Made by a program: the position numbers and the translations under genes. From an uncultured delta proteobacterium (GTDB lineage: Bacteria > Myxococcota > Myxococcia > SLRQ01), in contig CAVSGM010000002.1 in the NCBI GenBank assembly GCA_963727485.1, forward strand, positions 128,001-192,000: a stretch of 64,000 bases of DNA, in the 5' to 3' direction. Below the pieces are notes generated by a model. The model saw nothing but the letters and a program-made list of their open reading frames with translations. It made no database searches and was not told the DNA's origin. Numbering within the stretch: position 1 is the first letter of the stretch; the number at the start of each line of letters is the position of its first letter. Shown here piece after piece: positions 1 to 9,679 of this stretch.

Positions 1-1
1 C

Positions 2-454
2 AACGCCCTGGCCACCCGCCCGGACCTCCTCAAGGGCGCGGCGGTGGACCTGGTCCTCACCCCGCACCCGGGCGAGATGGCGCGCCTCACCGGCGGCACC
101 GTCGCCGAGGTCCAGGCCGACCGCCTCGGGGTGGCCAGCGACTTCGCCCGGCGCAACGACGCCTACCTGGTCCTCAAGGGCTCCCGCACCGTCATCGCCG
201 ACCCCGACGGGGCCCTGGCGGTGAACCCAACCGGCAACGCCGGGATGGCCACCGGCGGCTCCGGGGACGTCCTCTCGGGGATCATCGCGGCGCTGATGGC
301 CCAGGGGGTGGCCCCGGGCTCCGCGGCCCGGGTCGCCGTCTACGCCCACGGGCTCGCCGGCGACCTCGCCGCCGCCCGCACCGGCCAGGCGGGGCTGGTG
401 GCGACCGACCTCGCCGCCGCCCTCTGCGAGGTGTGGACCCGATGGTCGATGTGA
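2..454 (+). CDS. nnr: NAD(P)H-hydrate dehydratase domain (YjeF/Nnr), 5'-truncated by the window edge
   Basis: Frame is open from base 2. Motifs LTPHPGEM, VLKG and NPTGNAGMATGGSGDVLSG are present, and it sits directly upstream of tsaE as usual. Confidence 0.93.
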   Translation, partial: NALATRPDLLKGAAVDLVLTPHPGEMARLTGGTVAEVQADRLGVASDFARRNDAYLVLKGSRTVIADPDGALAVNPTGNAGMATGGSGDVLSGIIAALMAQGVAPGSAARVAVYAHGLAGDLAAARTGQAGLVATDLAAALCEVWTRWSM

Positions 455-897
455 TCCCCCGCGAGGTGGTGACCCAGGGCGAGGACGAGACCCGGGCGCT
501 GGGCCGGCGCCTCGGGGCGCGCCTCGTCCCCGGCGACCTGGTGGGCCTCCGGGGGCCGCTGGGCGCCGGGAAGACCCGCCTGGTCCAGGGCCTCTGCGCG
601 GGCCTGGGGGTCGCCGCGGACCAGGTCGCCAGCCCCACCTTCGCCCTGGTGAACACCTACGAGGGCCGGGTGCCGGTGCTCCACGTGGACCTCTACCGGG
701 TCGCCGACGTGGAGGAGGTCGAGGACACGGGGCTCCTCGATCTGGTGGAGGGTGCGGTGACCCTGGTGGAGTGGATCGACCGGGCGCCTGAGGTCGCCGG
801 CCCCGACGCGCTCCTCGTCGATCTCGACGACCTCGGCGGCGAGCGCCGGCGGATCCGGTTCTCGGGGGCGGCGGCGGCTCGGATCCTCGGCGCCTGA
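442..897 (+). CDS. tsaE: tRNA threonylcarbamoyladenosine biosynthesis ATPase
   Basis: Motifs GPLGAGKT, SPTF, HVDLYR and VEW; overlaps the nnr stop; ATG at 442. Confidence 0.95.
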   Translation: MVDVIPREVVTQGEDETRALGRRLGARLVPGDLVGLRGPLGAGKTRLVQGLCAGLGVAADQVASPTFALVNTYEGRVPVLHVDLYRVADVEEVEDTGLLDLVEGAVTLVEWIDRAPEVAGPDALLVDLDDLGGERRRIRFSGAAAARILGA

Positions 898-1139
898 TGG
901 GCGACCGAGACCACGACCCGGCCCCAGGCCGCCCCGACCTCGACCGCATCCCCGACGTCCGCGACGGGCTCACCCGGGTGGAGCGGGTGATCCTCCACGA
1001 GCTGCACCGGGCCCAGGGCGAGCGCGGGGGCCGCAACGTGCCCACGGCCATGCTCTACGGCCGGGTGGTGGAGCACGTGGACCTCTCCATCGACGAGCTG
1101 CAGCGGCTGCTGAAGCACCTGACGGGCAAGGGGCTCTGA
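897..1139 (+). CDS. small hypothetical protein (80 aa)
   Basis: Coupled to tsaE by a TGATG overlap, with host-like codon usage. Confidence 0.7.
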   Translation: MGDRDHDPAPGRPDLDRIPDVRDGLTRVERVILHELHRAQGERGGRNVPTAMLYGRVVEHVDLSIDELQRLLKHLTGKGL

Positions 1140-1148
1140 GGCGTCGCC

Positions 1149-1535
1149 TCAGGCGTCGCCGTCGTCCCGGTCGTCCCGGCCGTCGAGGACCTCGCCCACC
1201 ACCCGCACCAGCTCGTCCATGTCGATGGGCTTCTTCACGAAGGCCGCGGCACAGGCCTTCGCCGCCGCCGCCACGCCCTCCTCGGAGGCCGACACCAGGA
1301 TCACCGGGACCTTCGCCAGGGCCAGGTCCGAGCGCATCTGGGCGCAGAGGGCGTCCCCGGCGAGGTCGGGCATCTTCAGGTCGCTGATGACCAGGTCCGG
1401 CGGGGTCGCCCGCATCGCCTCGAGGGCGTGGAGCCCCGAGTCCGCGGTGTCGAAGGTGTGCCCCTGGCCCATCAGGTAGACCTGGATGACCTTCTGCATG
1501 GTGCGCATGTCGTCGACGATGAGGATCCTGGCCAT
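1149..1535 (-). CDS. single-domain response regulator (CheY-like)
   Basis: Receiver motifs ILIVDD, ISDLKMP, VSA and KKP; last gene of the che operon. Confidence 0.9.
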   Translation of the reverse strand: MARILIVDDMRTMQKVIQVYLMGQGHTFDTADSGLHALEAMRATPPDLVISDLKMPDLAGDALCAQMRSDLALAKVPVILVSASEEGVAAAAKACAAAFVKKPIDMDELVRVVGEVLDGRDDRDDGDA

Positions 1536-1555
1536 GGCTTCGTTGCTCCGGTGAT

Positions 1556-2524
1556 TCAGGTCCGTGCGGTTCCCCAGAAGGCGAGGCGCCTGCCGATGGC
1601 CTCGGGATCGAGGGCCTCGGTGGCGGCGCCGACGGCGAGGGCGGCCTCGGGCATGCTCGAGACCACGGCGCTGCCGGCGTCCTGGACCACGGTGGTGCCG
1701 CCGGCGCGCCTGAGGGCCAGGAGCCCCTGGGCCCCGTCCCGGCCCATCCCGGTGAGGACCGCGCCGAAGGTCTCCAGGCCCCGGGCCCGGGCCACCGAGA
1801 GCAAAAGCCGGTCCGCGGAGGGGCAGGGGCCCCGGCCGTTGCCGGCCTCGGTGGCGAGGAGCCCGCGATCATCGAGGAAGAGGTGGCGCTCGTCCGGGGC
1901 CACCAGGACCTCGCCCGCCCGGGGCTCGTCGCCCTGGGTGGCGACCCGGACCGGGAGCGCGAGGCCGACCCCGAGCCACTCCACGAAGGTCGGGGCGAAC
2001 CCCTCGGGCATGTGCTGGACCACCAGGACCGCCGCCGGGAAGCCCGCGGGGAGCTCGAGGAGCACGCTGCGCAGGGCGCCGGGGCCACCGGTGGAGGCGG
2101 CGAGGGTGGCGAGGAGGTTCCCGGGGGCGGCGGTCCGGCGCGCGCCGGAGACCCTTCGGACCACGGGCACCGCGGACATCAGCACCAGGGTCTCGGCGGC
2201 CTGGGCCCAGGGGAGGCCGTCGGCCATGGCCTCCACGGCCCCGGCGGCGACGGCGGCCCCGGGGTCGGTGGCGCCGCCCCCCTGGACCACCACCGGCCGG
2301 GGGCTGTGGCGCAGGATCGCCGTGAGGATCTCCAGGGCCTCGGGGTGGGCCAGGTCGAGGAGCACCACCCCCGGGCGCCGGCGCTCACAGGTGGCGACGA
2401 CCTCCGCGGCGGCGGTCACCGTGCCCACCGCCACCAGGCGTCCGGTGGCGGTGAGGGCCTGGGCGCGGGCCTCGCCCTCGGCGCGCCGGCGGGCGATGAC
2501 CAGGACCGTGGGAAGCCCGAGCAT
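1556..2524 (-). CDS. cheB: chemotaxis methylesterase with a degenerate N-terminal receiver
   Basis: Catalytic motifs ASTGGP, QHMP and LTGMGRDG are intact. The receiver lacks the acidic DD pair (reads VLVIARRR). Confidence 0.92.
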   Translation of the reverse strand: MLGLPTVLVIARRRAEGEARAQALTATGRLVAVGTVTAAAEVVATCERRRPGVVLLDLAHPEALEILTAILRHSPRPVVVQGGGATDPGAAVAAGAVEAMADGLPWAQAAETLVLMSAVPVVRRVSGARRTAAPGNLLATLAASTGGPGALRSVLLELPAGFPAAVLVVQHMPEGFAPTFVEWLGVGLALPVRVATQGDEPRAGEVLVAPDERHLFLDDRGLLATEAGNGRGPCPSADRLLLSVARARGLETFGAVLTGMGRDGAQGLLALRRAGGTTVVQDAGSAVVSSMPEAALAVGAATEALDPEAIGRRLAFWGTART

Positions 2525-2527
2525 CGG

Positions 2528-4639
2528 TCAGCCCACCAACCTGTGGAGGGTGGCCACCAGCTCCTCCTGGTCGAAGCGGCTCTTCACCAGGTAGGCGTTG
2601 GCCCCGGCGGTGAGGCCCCGGTGCTGGTCCTCCTCGCTCCCCAGGGAGGTCATCAGGACCACCGGGAGGTGGGCGAGCGCGGCATCCCCGCGGATGGCCT
2701 GGGCGAGGCCGACGCCGTCGAGGCGCGGCATCTCCACGTCGGCGAGGACCGCGTCCACCGGCTCGCTGCGCAGGACCTCCAGGGCCTCACGGCCGTCGCA
2801 GGCCACCCGCACCTCGAAGCCCGCCGACTCCAGGACGTGGGACTCGAGGGTGCGGGTGGTGATGGAGTCGTCCACCACCAGGATCCGCAGGCGCCGGGCG
2901 GGGGCCTCGGTCCGGGCGGGGGTCGAGGTGCCCACCGGCTCCCCGAGCTCGGCGGGATCGAGGATCACCACCACCTCGTCGCCGTGGAGCAGGGCGGTGC
3001 CCAGGGTCCCGCGCACCCGGTGCAGGGGCGGGCCCAGGGGCTCGACCACCAGGTCCTCCTCGCCGGCGATGGCGTCGACCTCGAGGGCCTGGCGGTGGCC
3101 GCCCCCCGACGCCACCACGAAGTACCCCGGCGCCGCGTCGCCGCCGCCCCGGACCAGGGGCACCAGGCGGGCGGGGCGCGCGTCGGCCTGGACCCACCGC
3201 GCCCCGTCGAGCTCGAAGGGCGTCGCGGTGGCGAGGCGTCCCACCCGCTCCACCGCCGCCGCCGGGATCCCGAAGGTCTGGCCGCCGGCCCGGATCAGGA
3301 GCACCCGGGTGCTCACCAACTTCAGGGGCACGGTGATGCGGAAGCGGGTCCCCTCGCCCGGGTCGCTGGCGACGGTGACCGCGCCCCCGCAGGCCTCCGC
3401 CACCGAGCGCACGGCGTCGAGGCCGATGCCCCGGCCGGCGAGCTCGGTGAGGGCGGGGGCGGTGGAGAAGCCCGGGCGGAAGAGGAGGCCGACCAGGGCG
3501 TCGGGGTCCGCGTCGGCGGCGGCGTCCGGGTGGAGGAGGCCCTGGGACACCGCTCGGGCCCGCGCCGCGTCGAGGTCGATGCCCGCGCCGTCGTCGGCGA
3601 CCTCGAGGGCGATGCTGTCCCCCTCGTGGGCGGCCCGGAGCCACACCTGGCCGGTCTCGGGGCGTCCCCGGGCGGCGCGGTCGGCGGGGGCCTCGATCCC
3701 GTGGGCCACGGCGTTGCGGACCAGGTGCACCAGGGGCTCCCGGAGGCGCTCGAGGGTGCCCCGGTCGAGGCCCACCTGGCCCCCCTCGAGGACGAAGGCT
3801 GCCTGCTTCCCCGCGCGCTGGGCGGCGTCGCGCACCGAGCGGAGCAGCAGGCCCTCGAGGGTGGACACCGGGACCATCCGGGCGCGGCCGATGGCCTCCT
3901 CGAGATCGGCGACGGCCAGCGCTCCCTGGCGGGCGCGGCCCCGGAGCTCCCGGGCGGCGCGCTCCAGGCGCTGACCGACCTCCCGGAGCCGGCGGGCGCT
4001 GGCCCGGGCGTCGGGGGTGCCGACACGCGCGAGGTGGCGGGTCTCCTGGTCCAGGGCCTCGCGGGCGAGCTGGAGGGCCTCGGCGTCCCGGAGCTCCCCG
4101 GCCTGGAGCGGCACCAGGCCCGCCAGCGGGGCCAGCACCTGCTCCAGGAGGGCCACCGGGACCCGGACGTGGTCGGCGTGGAGGGCGTCCGGCTCGGGGC
4201 GCGGCCGGGCGCCGGCGGTCGACGCCTCCGCGGGACCCGAGGCGGCCACGGCTCCGGCGGGCGCGCCCGAGACCGCCTCCAGGGTCGTCAGCACCGCCCC
4301 GGCCTCCGGGGGCTCGCCTGAGACCGCCGCCTCGAGCCAGTCGAGGGCCTGGAGGAGGGCGTCGGCGCCGTCCCGGGCCAGGGGCGCCTCGGGCAGGGCC
4401 AGGAGCGCCTGCTCGAAGGCGTGGGTCACCCGGCTCACCTCCTCGAGCCCCAGGGTGCTCGCGGCGCCCTTGACGTTGTGGGCCCGGCGGGCGGCGGCCT
4501 CGACCAGGCCCTGGACCTCCTCGACGCTCGCCTGCTCCAGGGCCACCACCGCCTGGGAGAGGGCGTCGAGGTGGTCCCGCGCCTCACCGCGGAACAGGGC
4601 CATCAGCTCCGCGAGGGCCTCTGGCGGCAGCTGCGCCAT
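2528..4639 (-). CDS. cheA: hybrid chemotaxis histidine kinase (Hpt-HATPase-CheW-REC)
   Basis: Hpt AHNVKGAA, HLVRNAVAHGIE, DDGAG, FSTA..GRGIGLD, and a C-terminal receiver VVDDS..DVEMP. Confidence 0.95.
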   Translation of the reverse strand: MAQLPPEALAELMALFRGEARDHLDALSQAVVALEQASVEEVQGLVEAAARRAHNVKGAASTLGLEEVSRVTHAFEQALLALPEAPLARDGADALLQALDWLEAAVSGEPPEAGAVLTTLEAVSGAPAGAVAASGPAEASTAGARPRPEPDALHADHVRVPVALLEQVLAPLAGLVPLQAGELRDAEALQLAREALDQETRHLARVGTPDARASARRLREVGQRLERAARELRGRARQGALAVADLEEAIGRARMVPVSTLEGLLLRSVRDAAQRAGKQAAFVLEGGQVGLDRGTLERLREPLVHLVRNAVAHGIEAPADRAARGRPETGQVWLRAAHEGDSIALEVADDGAGIDLDAARARAVSQGLLHPDAAADADPDALVGLLFRPGFSTAPALTELAGRGIGLDAVRSVAEACGGAVTVASDPGEGTRFRITVPLKLVSTRVLLIRAGGQTFGIPAAAVERVGRLATATPFELDGARWVQADARPARLVPLVRGGGDAAPGYFVVASGGGHRQALEVDAIAGEEDLVVEPLGPPLHRVRGTLGTALLHGDEVVVILDPAELGEPVGTSTPARTEAPARRLRILVVDDSITTRTLESHVLESAGFEVRVACDGREALEVLRSEPVDAVLADVEMPRLDGVGLAQAIRGDAALAHLPVVLMTSLGSEEDQHRGLTAGANAYLVKSRFDQEELVATLHRLVG

Positions 4640-5896
4640 TCAGCCCGCCACCCCCGCGGTGAGCTCGCGCATCCGGGTGGAGAGGCTCGAGAGCTCCTTG
4701 GCCGCGTTCTCCACCTGGCGCATCCCGGTGAGGGACTCGGCGGTGGCCTGCTGGATGTTGCGCATGGCGCTCGCCACCTGGTCGACCCCCAGGGCCTGCT
4801 GGCGGGTCATGGAGGCGATCTGCCGCGCCGACTGGGTCGACTCCTGGATGACCCCGGTGAGGGCCTGGATGGTCTCCCGGGCCTCCTTGGCGAGCTTCAC
4901 CCCCACGTCGGCCTGCTTCGAGCCCTCCTCGGTGACCATCACCGCGGCGTTGGTGGCCCGCTGGATCTCCCCGAGGATGGCCCGGACCTGGCGGGTGGCC
5001 TGCTTGGACTGCTCGGCGAGGTTTCGGACCTCGCCGGCGACCACCGCGAAGCCCTTGCCGTGCTGCCCGGCCTTGGCGGCCTCGATGGCGGCGTTCACCG
5101 CCAGGAGGTTCGACTGCTCGGCGAGCTCGTTGACCGAGGCGATGATCTCGCCGATCTGCTGGGTCCGCTCGGACAGCAGGAGGATGTTCTGGGCGATGGT
5201 GCCCACCCGGTCGCGCAGCCCGGTGATCGACGCCTCGGTGCTGGTCAGGGCGCGGATGCCCTCCTCGCTGACCTTCTTGGACTCCTCGGCGACGGCGATG
5301 ACCCCCTGGGCCCGCTCGGTGGCCTGCTCGGCGGTCTGGCGGACCTCCTCCATGGTGGTGGCGGTCTCGGAGACGGCGGTGGCCTGCTCGGCGGCCGAGG
5401 TGCTCTGGCGGGTGGCGGCGGAGAGGAGCTCGGAGCCGGCGCTGTTCAGCTCGACGACCGCCGAGCTCACCTGGCCGTTGAGGGCGGCGAGGCTCTCGAC
5501 CATCTTGTCCAGGTGGTGGCCCAGGGCGCTCATCTCGTCGTCGCCGGTCACCGCGAGGCGCCGGGCGAGGTTGCCCCGGCCCACGTCCTCGACGAACTCC
5601 ACGTAGCGGCGCACCAGGTCCTGGAGGGCCAGGCGCCGCGCCCGCTCCTCGGCGCCGCGCTCCACCAGGTTGCGGACCACGGTCATCCGCACCGCCAGGG
5701 CCCCGAAGCCGCCCACCGAGAGGCCGGCGAGGATGCAGATGGCCACGAAGCCGGCGAGGTAGCCGGCCTTGAAGGTCACGAAGAACGAGGCCACCGGCGG
5801 GAAGATGAGCCCCACCACCAGACCGGCGGCGAGGAAGGCCCAGTTCATCTTGCGCACCAGGGCGAGATCGGTGGCGTTCTCGGGGGGTTCGTTCAC
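4640..5896 (-). CDS. methyl-accepting chemotaxis protein (2 TM, HAMP, no large periplasmic sensor)
   Basis: Signalling tip LAEQSNLLAVNAAIEAAKAGQHGKGFAVVAGEVRNLA. The GTG start at 5896 overlaps the cheW stop (GTGA). Confidence 0.93.
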   Translation of the reverse strand: MNEPPENATDLALVRKMNWAFLAAGLVVGLIFPPVASFFVTFKAGYLAGFVAICILAGLSVGGFGALAVRMTVVRNLVERGAEERARRLALQDLVRRYVEFVEDVGRGNLARRLAVTGDDEMSALGHHLDKMVESLAALNGQVSSAVVELNSAGSELLSAATRQSTSAAEQATAVSETATTMEEVRQTAEQATERAQGVIAVAEESKKVSEEGIRALTSTEASITGLRDRVGTIAQNILLLSERTQQIGEIIASVNELAEQSNLLAVNAAIEAAKAGQHGKGFAVVAGEVRNLAEQSKQATRQVRAILGEIQRATNAAVMVTEEGSKQADVGVKLAKEARETIQALTGVIQESTQSARQIASMTRQQALGVDQVASAMRNIQQATAESLTGMRQVENAAKELSSLSTRMRELTAGVAG

Positions 5897-6408
5897 GGCG
5901 GGTCGCTCCCGGGTTGGTCTGCGAGGGAGGCGGCGAGGTCGCCGAGCTCCAGGAGGGTGGTTCCGTCGGCGGTGACGCCGGCGACGAAGGGTGCGGCCGC
6001 GGGGCCCAGGGGGCTCGGCGGGGGGGCGAGCTCGGCGGCCCGGATCGGGCGCAGGGCCACCAGCTCGTCGACGGCGAAGGCCGTGAGGCCCCCGCCCTGG
6101 GACACCAGGAGGGCCAGGGCCGCCTCGCTCCGGGCCATGCCCAGGGCGAGGCCGAGGTCGACCACGCACCGGGCCCGGCCCCGGAGGGCGGCGAGGCCGG
6201 CGATCCACGGGGGCGCGCCCGGCAGGGGGGTGAGGCGCGGGAGGCGGACCAGGGTCACCAGGGCGTCGAGGCGCACCGCGAAGCGCGTCGCCGCCACCCG
6301 GACCACCACGGCCTCGTCGCCGGCCTCCTCGGTGGCCTCGGCGGGGCGGGCCAGGAGCTCGGCCCGGGCCTCGAGGACCCGGCGCTCCTCGGAGGTCAGG
6401 GCGCTCAT
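5893..6408 (-). CDS. cheW: CheW-like adaptor (WspD-like position)
   Basis: C-terminal part of ORF 5893..8085, starting MSALTSEERRVLEARA, with LTPLPGAPPWIAGLAALRG; ATG overlaps the cheR stop. Confidence 0.88.
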   Translation of the reverse strand: MSALTSEERRVLEARAELLARPAEATEEAGDEAVVVRVAATRFAVRLDALVTLVRLPRLTPLPGAPPWIAGLAALRGRARCVVDLGLALGMARSEAALALLVSQGGGLTAFAVDELVALRPIRAAELAPPPSPLGPAAAPFVAGVTADGTTLLELGDLAASLADQPGSDPP

Positions 6409-7770
6409 GCGGCGCTGCCTCCCCGGGCGCGGCCGACCTCGGCGAGGGCGCGCTCGGCGAGGCCGGCGAGGGCCCCGGCGGTGAGCCCGTCGCCGTAGGG
6501 CACCGCGGTGTCGGCGGCGAGGGTGGCCAGGGCGGCGAGGGCGTTCCGGTAGGCCCGGGCGGCGCCGTCGAGGTTCCCGGCGGCCCGGAGGAGATCCCCG
6601 GAGAGGACGCTCGCCAGGGCCAGCGACGGGTCGAGGAAGAGGGCGGCGGTGGCCGAGCGGAGGGCCTCGGCGGTGTCGCCCCGGGCCCGGGCCACCAGGG
6701 CGCGGACCAGGTGCACCTCGGGGAAGAGGGCGTCCTGGGCCGCCACCGCCTCCACCTGCGCCCAGGCGGCGTCGGTCTCGCCCCGGTCCGCGAGCGCGCG
6801 GATGCGCCCCAGGCGCACCTCCAGGGTGGCGTCCGGGGCGCGCTCCCCGGGGTCCGGGACCGCCGGGACCGCGGCCGTGACGGGGGCCGGCACCGGGGCG
6901 CCGGCCGCCGGGGGAGGCGCGGCGAAGCGGGAGCGGGACGTCGGCGGCGCCGGGCGGGTCACCGGCGCCACGAAGCCCGCGCCGGGGCGGCAGAAGAGGA
7001 GGGCGTCGTCGAGGTGCACCGACTGGAGCTCCGGGAAGAGCTCGGGCCGGGCCTCGGCGGGGCCGGTGAGCAGCCACCCGCCGGTGGCGACCCCGCCGGC
7101 GAGGGTCTGGGCCGCCCGGGCGAGGTGGGCGTCCTGGAAGTAGATGAGGACGTTGCGGCAGACCACCAGGTCGAAGCGGTCGGGGGCCTCCTCGACGAGG
7201 TTGTGGTGGCGGTAGCGCACCCGGTCGGTGAGCCGGCGCGCCGGATGCCAGAATCGCCCCGCGCCGATGGAAGTACCGGGCGCGCACCCCCTCGGGCACC
7301 CCCCGGAAGGACCACTCGCCGTAGGCCCCGGCCTCGGCCCGGCCCAGGGCCTCCCGGGAGAGGTCGGTGCCCAGGACCTGGAGGTCCCACTCGGGGTCCG
7401 GGGCCGTCTCCAGGAGGACCATGGCCAGGGACAGGGCCTCCTCGCCGCTGGAGCACCCGGCGCTCCACACCCGCAGGCGCCGCGTCTGGGCCCGGGCCCG
7501 GTAGAGGCGGGGGAGGATCTCCCGGCGCAGGGCGTCGAAGTGGCCTCCGTGGCGCAGGAAGTAGGTCTCGCCGTTGAGGGCCGCCTCGACCACCGGCAGG
7601 AGGGCCTCGGGGCCGGCGGCGAGGAGCCTGGCGCATCCGTCCGGGGCCGCGCCCACCCGGGCCGCCACCGCGTCGGCGAGGTTCTCCCGGCGAAAGCCGG
7701 AGAAGTCCACGCCGTAGGTGGCGGCGATGCGGGCGGCGAGCCCCTCGAGGCAGGTGTCGGTGACGGTCAC
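6405..7770 (-). CDS. cheR: CheR methyltransferase with C-terminal TPR (WspC/FrzF-like), frameshifted at ~7251-7255
   Basis: N-half has NGETYFLR, VWSAGCSSGEE and GTDLS. C-half is in another frame with HNL..FDLVVCRNVLIYF plus TPR-like helices. Removing one base of GAATC (7251-7255) joins them. Confidence 0.9.
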
Positions 7771-8264
7771 GGGGGATCGGCGGCGCAGGCGTCGGCCAGG
7801 GCCAGGAGCTCGGCGGCGAGGAGGTGGTCGGGATCGAGGAGGGCGACCGGGGGGACCGCGTCCTCGAGGAGGCCCAGGGCGCCCGGGAGGGCGTCGCTGG
7901 TCGGGGGCAGGGGGACCAGGGGGCATTCCACCACCCGGTCCACCCGGGCGGCCCGGAGCGCGACCCGGGTGTCCCCGGCGTGGACGATGACCAGGACCTG
8001 CTCGGGGTGGATCGCCGCCGGCGGCAGGCCCAGGCGGGTGAAGAGGTCGACCACCAGGAGGTGCTCCCCCCGGAGGTCGAGGCACCCGAGGACGCCGTCG
8101 GGGGCCCCGGGGAGGGCGCCGAGGCGGGGCATGCGCACCACCTCCGCCACCCGCGCCAGGGGCAGGGCGAAGGCCGCGTCGCCGGCCTCGAGGGTCAGGG
8201 CCTGGATGGCCGGCCGTCGCGCGCCCTCAGCGTCGGCCGGGGGTTCTCGGGTGGAAGTTGACAT
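7767..8264 (-). CDS. cheW: CheW adaptor
   Basis: FALPLARVAEV and LPGAPDGVLGCLDLRG; first gene of the che operon. Confidence 0.9.
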   Translation of the reverse strand: MSTSTREPPADAEGARRPAIQALTLEAGDAAFALPLARVAEVVRMPRLGALPGAPDGVLGCLDLRGEHLLVVDLFTRLGLPPAAIHPEQVLVIVHAGDTRVALRAARVDRVVECPLVPLPPTSDALPGALGLLEDAVPPVALLDPDHLLAAELLALADACAADPP

Positions 8265-8374
8265 GCCCCATCAAGATTGGAAGCACGAAGCAGGGCCGGG
8301 TACAAGTCACACCGTCGGGTCCGGAGGGATCCCGGCTTGAACCCGATGGCCCGCGCTGGAACAATGGAGCTCGC

Positions 8375-9652
8375 ATGCCCATCCCGGCCGAGGCGCTCGT
8401 CGAGCTCAAGTTGGCGTTCCTCCAGGAACTCGACGTGGCGTTCCGTCAGGCCGAGGGCCAGTACGCGGCCCTGGAGGTCGACCCGGCCGATGGCGCCGCC
8501 TACGAGTCCCTGGAGCACTTCTTCCACCGGATCGCCGGGACCGCGGCCAACGTGGAGCTGGCGCAGCTCGGCCACCTCGCGGCGGTCTCCGAGCGGGGCG
8601 CCGCCCTGGGGCGCAAGGGCCTGGGCTCCCTCGACCTGGCCCGGCTGGTCCGCGAGGGCCTCGACGGGGTGGGGGCGGTGCTCGCCACCCACGGCCCCGC
8701 GGCGAGGAGCGCCCGCCCGGGGCTCTCGGCCATGTCCGCCCCCGCCGAGGCGGACCCCGGCGACGAGGTCGCCCGCTCCCAGATCCTGGTGGTCGACGAC
8801 GACGCCTTCAGCGCCGGCCTGGTGGAGAGCTACCTCAAGGGCGCCGGCTTCCGCTCCGCCCACTGCACCGAGCCCGCCCGGGCCTTCGAGGTCATCCAGG
8901 CGGAGATCCCGGACCTCATCATCCTCGACGTGATGATGCCCGGGGTCGACGGCTTCGAGCTGTGCCAGAAGGTGCGCGCCCACCCGGCCCTCCACCTCAC
9001 GCCCATCATCTTCCTCACCCGCAAGGGCGACGTGGAGCAGCGCATCCGGGGCCTGGAGGTCGGGGGCAACGACTACCTCTCCAAGCCCTTCGACCCCGAC
9101 GAGCTGGTGGCCCGGGTCCGCTCCCACCTCTCGCGGATGGCGGCCCTGCGCGACCTGGCGCTCCGGGACGGGCTCACCCGCTGCTACAACCACGGCTACT
9201 TCAAGGTCCGCCTGGAGCAGGAGGTCGACCGGGCGAGGCGCTACAAGCAGGGCTTCGCCCTCGGCCTCCTCGACGTGGACCTGTTCAAGCGCATCAACGA
9301 CACCCACGGCCACCCCGCCGGCGACGCGGTGCTCATGAACCTCGCCAACGTGATCTCGGCGTCGGTGCGCAGCTCCGACGTGGTCGCCCGCTATGGCGGC
9401 GAGGAGTTCGGGCTCCTCCTGGTGCAGGCGGGCATGAAGGAGGCCGAGCTCATCGCCGAGCGCACCCGGGAGCGGGTCGAGGGCCACGGGTTCACCGGCC
9501 CGGGGGTCGACCGGATCCCGGTGACCGTGAGCATCGGGCTCACCGCCCTCGTCGACGACGACACCGTGGAGAGCCTGGTGCAGCGGGCCGACGACGCCCT
9601 CTACCAGGCCAAGGCCGGCGGGCGGAACCAGGTCCAGGTCCGCCTGGCCTAG
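8375..9652 (+). CDS. Hpt-REC-GGDEF diguanylate cyclase
   Basis: Hpt-like FFHRIAGTAA, receiver VVDDD..DVMMP..KP, then DGLT, DVDLFKRINDTHGHPAGD, RSSD I-site and RYGGEEF. Confidence 0.93.
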   Translation: MPIPAEALVELKLAFLQELDVAFRQAEGQYAALEVDPADGAAYESLEHFFHRIAGTAANVELAQLGHLAAVSERGAALGRKGLGSLDLARLVREGLDGVGAVLATHGPAARSARPGLSAMSAPAEADPGDEVARSQILVVDDDAFSAGLVESYLKGAGFRSAHCTEPARAFEVIQAEIPDLIILDVMMPGVDGFELCQKVRAHPALHLTPIIFLTRKGDVEQRIRGLEVGGNDYLSKPFDPDELVARVRSHLSRMAALRDLALRDGLTRCYNHGYFKVRLEQEVDRARRYKQGFALGLLDVDLFKRINDTHGHPAGDAVLMNLANVISASVRSSDVVARYGGEEFGLLLVQAGMKEAELIAERTRERVEGHGFTGPGVDRIPVTVSIGLTALVDDDTVESLVQRADDALYQAKAGGRNQVQVRLA

Positions 9653-9679
9653 GCGGGCCACGCGCCCTGGGGCCGTGGG

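Noticed and set aside
8375..9652. Possible Hypr-type (3',3'-cGAMP-making) GGDEF, as in Geobacter and Myxococcus GacA; the cyclase at 52286-53332 was checked too
   Set aside because: Both keep the canonical Asp in GHxxGD (GHPAGD, GHLAGD), whereas Hypr enzymes have Ser or Thr there.
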